Below, piece after piece: positions 58,850 to 64,000 of a stretch of DNA of 64,000 bases (position 1 is the first letter of the stretch; each line of letters opens with the position of its first letter). The stretch lies in the IMG/VR virus record IMGVR_UViG_3300037537_001028; one strand, written 5' to 3'. The notes beneath the pieces were generated by a model. That model worked only from the letters and a program-made list of their open reading frames with translations, did not search any database and was not told where the DNA came from. The DNA comes from an uncultured virus (IMG/VR IMGVR_UViG_3300037537_001028) (Duplodnaviria > Heunggongvirae > Uroviricota > Caudoviricetes). The position numbers and the translations under genes are program-made.

Positions 58850-59158
58850 ATGTGCCCGCTTTGTGAACTAAAAACAGTTCTTCATACTTATGACGACTCT
58901 GATCCTAGATGGATCATTATGGACTGCATGAGCTGTATTCTCCCTATGGCGGTTTGGAAGGGAGAGCCTTTGCACACCATGGATGTCTCCGAAAAGGACG
59001 CAACCGACATGCAAAACGCCCTAGAGAGAGTCGGAGAGATAAAATTCGGAAAAGAAAAGTTTTATATCGATAAAATCCAAAGGGAAGTCCCCGACCACCT
59101 ACATTGGCACGCACGGCCGAACAGGTTCTCTGAATACTATTATGAAATATGGCACTAG
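58850..59158 (+). CDS. HIT-family protein
   Basis: MCPLC N-terminus and HLHWH triad; start moved to the ATG at 58850. Confidence 0.7.
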   Translation: MCPLCELKTVLHTYDDSDPRWIIMDCMSCILPMAVWKGEPLHTMDVSEKDATDMQNALERVGEIKFGKEKFYIDKIQREVPDHLHWHARPNRFSEYYYEIWH

Positions 59159-59883
59159 CGATTAAAGAAAACGAATTCATGGACAGCTGTTTTCAGCATG
59201 ACCGAGCTACAGAACCATTCCCGCAATGGGTAGTGCGAGACTTTCGCTCTAGCTTTAAAAAATTTTGTAAGTCAGTTAAAGCAAATAACGAAATTGTATA
59301 TTCTGATTTAGACCACTTTAATAAATATAAAGATAAGATAGTATTAATAATCGGCGGAGGACCGTCAACTAATAGACTTGACTATGATACTATAGAAAGA
59401 GATTTCACATGGTCTTGTAATCACTTCTATTTAAACCCCAAGCTCTCTTCAATCAAAATAGATGTAGCAATGTTCATGGGGGAACCTGACCTAAAATCCA
59501 AGGAGTTCATCGAATACAGAGAGAGGTTTCAGCCATACTCAGGGTTCGAGGTACATGACCGTTGGTTTGAATATGAGTTTGACGATTATGAAAAATATTT
59601 TGCTATGCACACGAGGTTCTATAGCAGGCTTGGCGCTTGCGTCAGAATGATTCTATTCGCCTCTTTCCTAGGATGCAAAACGGTAAAGTTTGTGGGCCTT
59701 GACGGTTACGACCCCATTTACAAAGGAGATCATGCCCATGAGCCCGGGAAAAAACTGTTACCAGCTGTTTTCTCGGAAGAGTTTTACGACTCCGAATATA
59801 AATATTTTTGGGAATACACAAAAGAACACTTCCCTGATACTGAATTCATCAACCTAGGAGATGGACAAAAATTTCACAAATGA
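59149..59883 (+). CDS. CstII-like (GT42) sialyl/nonulosonate transferase candidate
   Basis: VLIIGGGPS...D.TWSCNHFY...GACVRMILFASFLGCKTVKFVGLDGY mirrors CstII IIAGNGPS...CNQFY...A..LGYKEIYLSGID. Confidence 0.7.
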   Translation: MALAIKENEFMDSCFQHDRATEPFPQWVVRDFRSSFKKFCKSVKANNEIVYSDLDHFNKYKDKIVLIIGGGPSTNRLDYDTIERDFTWSCNHFYLNPKLSSIKIDVAMFMGEPDLKSKEFIEYRERFQPYSGFEVHDRWFEYEFDDYEKYFAMHTRFYSRLGACVRMILFASFLGCKTVKFVGLDGYDPIYKGDHAHEPGKKLLPAVFSEEFYDSEYKYFWEYTKEHFPDTEFINLGDGQKFHK

Positions 59884-60566
59884 AAGATATAAAAGATATA
59901 GTTTTCGTAATACAGGCTAGGCTTGGCTCTCAGAGAGTCCCTCAAAAGATGATTAAAAGTTTTTGCGGAACCAATCTGTTAGACATAGCTTTAGATAAGA
60001 TGTCATTTTCGAAAATCCCAAGCTCTCAATTTTTCGTCTCCGCCTATGAAGACGACCTTAAGTCTATTTGCCACAGGAAAGATGTAAATATTTTTCACAG
60101 ATCTAAAGAGTCTGCTGACTCAGAGGGTACGCCCATGAGCCTCATGTACGAGTGGTGGAATAAGCTGCCGTTTAAATATTGCGTCTTAATAAACGCCTGC
60201 GCTCCTTTCATGAAAGCAGAGACAATAGAACGCTTTACTGAAGCTTACGTGAACTCAGATTCAGAAGGCATGTTCGGGGTAATGGAAAAAAAGAACTACT
60301 TTTGGAATAAAGACTCTAAACTAATATCGCCTTGGCCAGAAGGACAAGCTGTCATGAACACCAAGTTTGTGGAAGAAACATATGAGGCGGCGCACTGCTT
60401 ATATGCTGGGAGAATGGATAAAATAGGAGAAGGTATTTGGATGGGGGACTTTAATAAACCGGGAGACATAGAACTTTTTCCAATGAAAGAGGAAGAGTGT
60501 CTGGATATAGATTACCAATGGCAATTTGATATGTGCGAAGCCCTTTACGGTTCAGGAGTAAGATAA
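59880..60566 (+). CDS. neuA: acylneuraminate cytidylyltransferase (CMP-nonulosonate synthetase)
   Basis: IQARLGSQRVPQKMIK...NACAPF...ECLDIDYQWQF. Confidence 0.88.
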   Translation: MKDIKDIVFVIQARLGSQRVPQKMIKSFCGTNLLDIALDKMSFSKIPSSQFFVSAYEDDLKSICHRKDVNIFHRSKESADSEGTPMSLMYEWWNKLPFKYCVLINACAPFMKAETIERFTEAYVNSDSEGMFGVMEKKNYFWNKDSKLISPWPEGQAVMNTKFVEETYEAAHCLYAGRMDKIGEGIWMGDFNKPGDIELFPMKEEECLDIDYQWQFDMCEALYGSGVR

Positions 60567-62029
60567 TGCTATATATATTTGAAATGGCGAATAATCACCA
60601 AGGCAGCGTAAAGCATGCCAAAAAGATTATTGATGAATTCAAGGAGGTTAAAGATCTCTACCGCATACAAGCGGCTATAAAGCTACAATTTAGACAGCTC
60701 GACTCCTTCATTCACCCAGACTTCGTTGATTCAGATTTAAAATTAGTTAAAAGATTTAAAAGCACGGAGCTTAACAAAAAAGATTTCAAAGAAATAGTAG
60801 ACCACATTCATGACAGCGGCTTCATATCTATGTCCACCCCCTTTGATAGCGAGTCGCTAGATTGGTTTGACGATTTAAACATATCTACTATAAAAGTTGC
60901 TAGCTGTTCAATAGACGACTGGCCTTTATTGAGAGATATTTGTAAAAAGAATAAGAAGATAATCATTTCTACAGCGGGGGCAACAATACCAGAGCTACAA
61001 AAAGTTTATGATTTATTTAAATTCAACAAGAAAGACTTTGCTTTTATGCATTGTGTGGCGGAATACCCAACACCCATAGAGTGCTCCAACTTAAATAGGA
61101 TTAATCAGTTAAGAAATAATTTTCCAGATATAGAGATAGGGCTATCTACGCATGAAAGCCCAATGCTCCCTCACGAGACAATAGCTCCTATAGCAAGAGC
61201 AATGGGCTGCACTATGATCGAAAAACATGTTGGAATAGGAGATGATCTTAACGACTACTCTTGCACGCCATCAGCTATTGGAATAATGATAGGGAAGGTC
61301 CAATCTGTTGAGTCAGCCCTACGCAACAGAAAGCGAAACGAGACAGAAGCCTCTTCGCTAAAAACCCTTAAGAGGGGAGCATACTTGCGGGCCGACCTTG
61401 CAACAGGATCTAAGATAAGAGAGGAGGACGTTTTTTATGCTATGCCCTTGCAGGAGAATCAACTTGACGCCTCTCAGGTAGACAATATAGTAGGAAACAC
61501 CTTAGCTAGAGATTTAAAATCTAATTCAGCAATAACAAAACAAGATCTTCAACAAAAAATTGACGAGGAGCTAGTGTCTAAAATAATAATAGAGGCTAAA
61601 GATAGACTAAAAGAAGCCAATATAAATTTAGATTCTAATGAAGAGATAGAAATATCAGCGCACTATGGTTTAGATAACTTTAATAAGTACGGGGTAGTAA
61701 TAATAAATAAAATAAATAGAGAGTATTGTAAAAAATTACTCATAGTATCAGAAGGGCAGCACCACCCATGCCACCACCATATCAAAAAAGAGGAAGCGTT
61801 TGAGCTCTTATCTGGCGACTGCTCCTTGGTTCTAAACGACAAAGAGATACAACTAAAGAAAGGTTCCCCGGTCTTAATTAACCGTGGAGTCAAACACTCT
61901 TTTTATAGCAGAGAAGGGTGCGTAATAGAAGAGATCTCCACAACGCACTACCCGAACGATTCAGTTTATGAAGACCCAGTCATTAACTCTTATGATCTCT
62001 CTGAAAGAAAAATACTATGTTCAAGCTAG
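60566..62029 (+). CDS. neuB: NeuB-family synthase with SAF domain and C-terminal cupin (D-lyxose isomerase-like)
   Basis: FEMANNHQG, KLQFR, STPFD, KVAS, HCVAEYPT, STHE, EKHV; then NREYCKKLL....HPCHHHIKKEEAF cupin; start moved to the ATG at 60566. Confidence 0.88.
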   Translation: MLYIFEMANNHQGSVKHAKKIIDEFKEVKDLYRIQAAIKLQFRQLDSFIHPDFVDSDLKLVKRFKSTELNKKDFKEIVDHIHDSGFISMSTPFDSESLDWFDDLNISTIKVASCSIDDWPLLRDICKKNKKIIISTAGATIPELQKVYDLFKFNKKDFAFMHCVAEYPTPIECSNLNRINQLRNNFPDIEIGLSTHESPMLPHETIAPIARAMGCTMIEKHVGIGDDLNDYSCTPSAIGIMIGKVQSVESALRNRKRNETEASSLKTLKRGAYLRADLATGSKIREEDVFYAMPLQENQLDASQVDNIVGNTLARDLKSNSAITKQDLQQKIDEELVSKIIIEAKDRLKEANINLDSNEEIEISAHYGLDNFNKYGVVIINKINREYCKKLLIVSEGQHHPCHHHIKKEEAFELLSGDCSLVLNDKEIQLKKGSPVLINRGVKHSFYSREGCVIEEISTTHYPNDSVYEDPVINSYDLSERKILCSS

Positions 62030-63099
62030 GGACAACATTAAAAAACTGCGTCTTATTCTACAACGGAAAAGGGCTATCTACACACGACGCCATTCCCGTA
62101 GACGGCCTTACCCCAGACAAAGTCCAAGCCCACCTAGGGAACATCCCTCATGGAGTAGAGGTCAATAATCTTTGGTACGACCCAGAAGACGACAAAGTCT
62201 TTAGTGAGCATCAGTATACATTACCAAGAAACGCAGGTAAAGAGCAAAACTTCTTCCTTCCCTCAGGAGACAATTATCAGATCCTCCTTCCTCAAAAAGA
62301 TAATTCGCATGCTTACTTTGATAGCTCTTACTTATACGATAGATATATTTCTAAGATAAAAGAGGAGAAAGTTTTCTCCGAACAGCAAACTCTAACATAT
62401 AGTAATGGCGACTGCATAATAAGCTTACCCGAAAAGTACTCTAAGTTTAAAGGAAAAAAAGTTATGATAGTCTCCGGAGGGCCATCAAGCAAAGAAGTCA
62501 ACTGGGACAAAATAAACTACGACTACCTATGGACAGTCAATGAGTTTTACAAAAACGAGGAGCTTTCAAGAAAGCAAATAGACTTGCTTTACCTATCTTC
62601 CATAGTAGATTTTGAAAACCAACAGCTAGCCGAGAGCATAAAGAACACAGAAGCGTTACTAACCTTCCCTTTAGTTACCAACTACATACAAGACAACGTT
62701 GACCTTAGCACGATACGAAGTCTAACTAATAGATTCAAAGAAAACAGTTCTTACAACTACACCAGATACTCTTCCACCTTGGGAGTAGGTTATAAGCTTA
62801 TAGTATTAGCTATATTTTCTGGGGCTTCTGAGATTTATACGGTAGGGAATGACGGGTTCGTGTCGAAGAATATGGAGCATGCTTTTGACGGCAGAAAACA
62901 AAGCCCGGGCTGGTACTTACAATACGGGGACAGGTTCCAAGACAGACAGTTTGTTATATTTTGGGATTACATAAAAACTTTACAAGACTCTTTTAGTTTT
63001 AAGATCTATAACCTAGGAGAAGGAAAAGACTACAATATCTCATCAAGCATAACAAAGACCCATTTTCCCTTAACACAAGATATTAATGAAGCTTTATAA
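62017..63099 (+). CDS. CstII-like (GT42) transferase candidate with N-terminal extension
   Basis: VMIVSGGPS...DYLWTVNEFY...GVGYKLIVLAIFSGASEIYTVGNDG. Confidence 0.68.
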   Translation: MFKLGTTLKNCVLFYNGKGLSTHDAIPVDGLTPDKVQAHLGNIPHGVEVNNLWYDPEDDKVFSEHQYTLPRNAGKEQNFFLPSGDNYQILLPQKDNSHAYFDSSYLYDRYISKIKEEKVFSEQQTLTYSNGDCIISLPEKYSKFKGKKVMIVSGGPSSKEVNWDKINYDYLWTVNEFYKNEELSRKQIDLLYLSSIVDFENQQLAESIKNTEALLTFPLVTNYIQDNVDLSTIRSLTNRFKENSSYNYTRYSSTLGVGYKLIVLAIFSGASEIYTVGNDGFVSKNMEHAFDGRKQSPGWYLQYGDRFQDRQFVIFWDYIKTLQDSFSFKIYNLGEGKDYNISSSITKTHFPLTQDINEAL

Positions 63100-64000
63100 T
63101 TTTAATTTCAAAAAGAAGCCGGGGCGCACCTCAGGCAAATACCATGGCGATGTTGAATTTATGCTCGACGGCGTACCCATTAAAGGGCATTGTATTAATT
63201 CCGACGATTCCTTCTATGTTAAGCTAGAAGACGGCGTAGGGCTAAAGATGATAAAGGATAATGAATCTAGATACGGGACGCTACAAGAGGCTTTTGAGAA
63301 TATCAGCTACTTCAAAAATAAAAAAATAAATATTTTTCCAGAAGTGGTAGAGCACAATATAGACGGCAATCATCTCCTAATGAAGGTGAATCATTTAGAA
63401 GAAGAAGACTTACCCCATTGGGTACCAAGTTGGATTCCAGAGAATGATCACGCCTTCGTGAAAAAAGAGCTACAGGCACCACTCTCTTTGTTGAACAAAT
63501 TAAACAACACCTTCATAGACGAGAAGATAGCCCCAGAAGATGAATGGTGCAAGGAGGGCAACATTATAGGGGATAAAATAATAGACTTTCACCGCTTCAA
63601 GGTCGACAAAAGCAGGTACGAGATCCCAACAGAAGCAAGCAAAGAAGATTGTCAGAAAATTTATAACAACGCAGTGAAGAGGTATCTATCTAAAGGAGGC
63701 AATAAATGGAAAGGTAAAATCTACCAAGGGCACACATTCAATAACGGCTTCTCTTTCAAAGGGTACAGCAGCGACGGGAAAAACTTCGATAGCTACAGAA
63801 AGTTAAACTTCTATTATATGAATAAAGCTAAAGGCAAGAAAGTCCTCGACTTAGGTTGCAACGAAGGCTTCTTTTCCACTCAAGCTAGCCTAGCCGGAGC
63901 CAAGTCTGTTACCGGAATAGATTTATACGACCACGATATAGAGCTAGCCTCTGAGATCAGAGACGAAATAACTGGTTTAAAAAATATAGAATATATAGAA
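63086..64000 (+). CDS. kinase-like domain fused to class I SAM methyltransferase (runs off the window; absent from the ORF track)
   Basis: Own translation from the ATG at 63086: GVGLKMIK...FPEV...EDEWCKEGNIIGDKIIDF (kinase-like), then KKVLDLGCNEGFF..QASLAGAKSVTGID (SAM motif I). Confidence 0.75.
   Translation, partial: MKLYNFNFKKKPGRTSGKYHGDVEFMLDGVPIKGHCINSDDSFYVKLEDGVGLKMIKDNESRYGTLQEAFENISYFKNKKINIFPEVVEHNIDGNHLLMKVNHLEEEDLPHWVPSWIPENDHAFVKKELQAPLSLLNKLNNTFIDEKIAPEDEWCKEGNIIGDKIIDFHRFKVDKSRYEIPTEASKEDCQKIYNNAVKRYLSKGGNKWKGKIYQGHTFNNGFSFKGYSSDGKNFDSYRKLNFYYMNKAKGKKVLDLGCNEGFFSTQASLAGAKSVTGIDLYDHDIELASEIRDEITGLKNIEYIE

Noticed and set aside
1..64000. CRISPR array, diversity-generating retroelement, intron/intein, integrase or stop-codon recoding
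   Set aside because: No spaced direct repeats, reverse transcriptase, Hint or recombinase motifs were seen. Genes tile densely under the standard code, with TAA, TAG and TGA all used as stops.

Overview
This window is part of a large, AT-rich tailed-phage genome (jumbo/huge-phage style, standard genetic code, very dense coding). It has three blocks. (1) 1-41,970, + strand: a tail morphogenesis module. It holds the end of a probable tail tube gene, candidate tail assembly chaperones, a 1,918-aa tape measure protein (TMP), several tail-tip/baseplate-like proteins and a 5,888-aa giant adhesin/tail-fibre-like protein. A GTGTAA motif recurs before the operon starts. (2) 41,971-51,002, - strand: early/middle genes. 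These include a single-strand annealing protein, glycosyltransferases, an ssDNA-binding protein, Hsp20 behind a consensus sigma-54 promoter, SufT, dNMP kinase, dUTPase, dCMP deaminase and a ~200-nt structured RNA. (3) 51,023-64,000, + strand: a ~350-nt structured RNA in front of a phage sigma factor, then an SSB-like protein, a glycosyltransferase and a lipoprotein. It ends in a nonulosonic (sialic) acid cluster: two NeuB, NeuA, three CstII/Maf-like transferases, two 2OG-Fe(II) dioxygenases, a HIT protein and a kinase-methyltransferase fusion. The most unusual signals are five: cargo domains (one PD-(D/E)xK-like) between GG[FY][VI]PNF repeats in the TMP; the phage-encoded sialylation system with [ST]G-rich virion proteins; the two promoter-bounded structured RNAs; near-leaderless sigma-70 transcripts; and an apparent absence of CCWGG. 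All product calls come from motifs recognised by eye, not from database searches.
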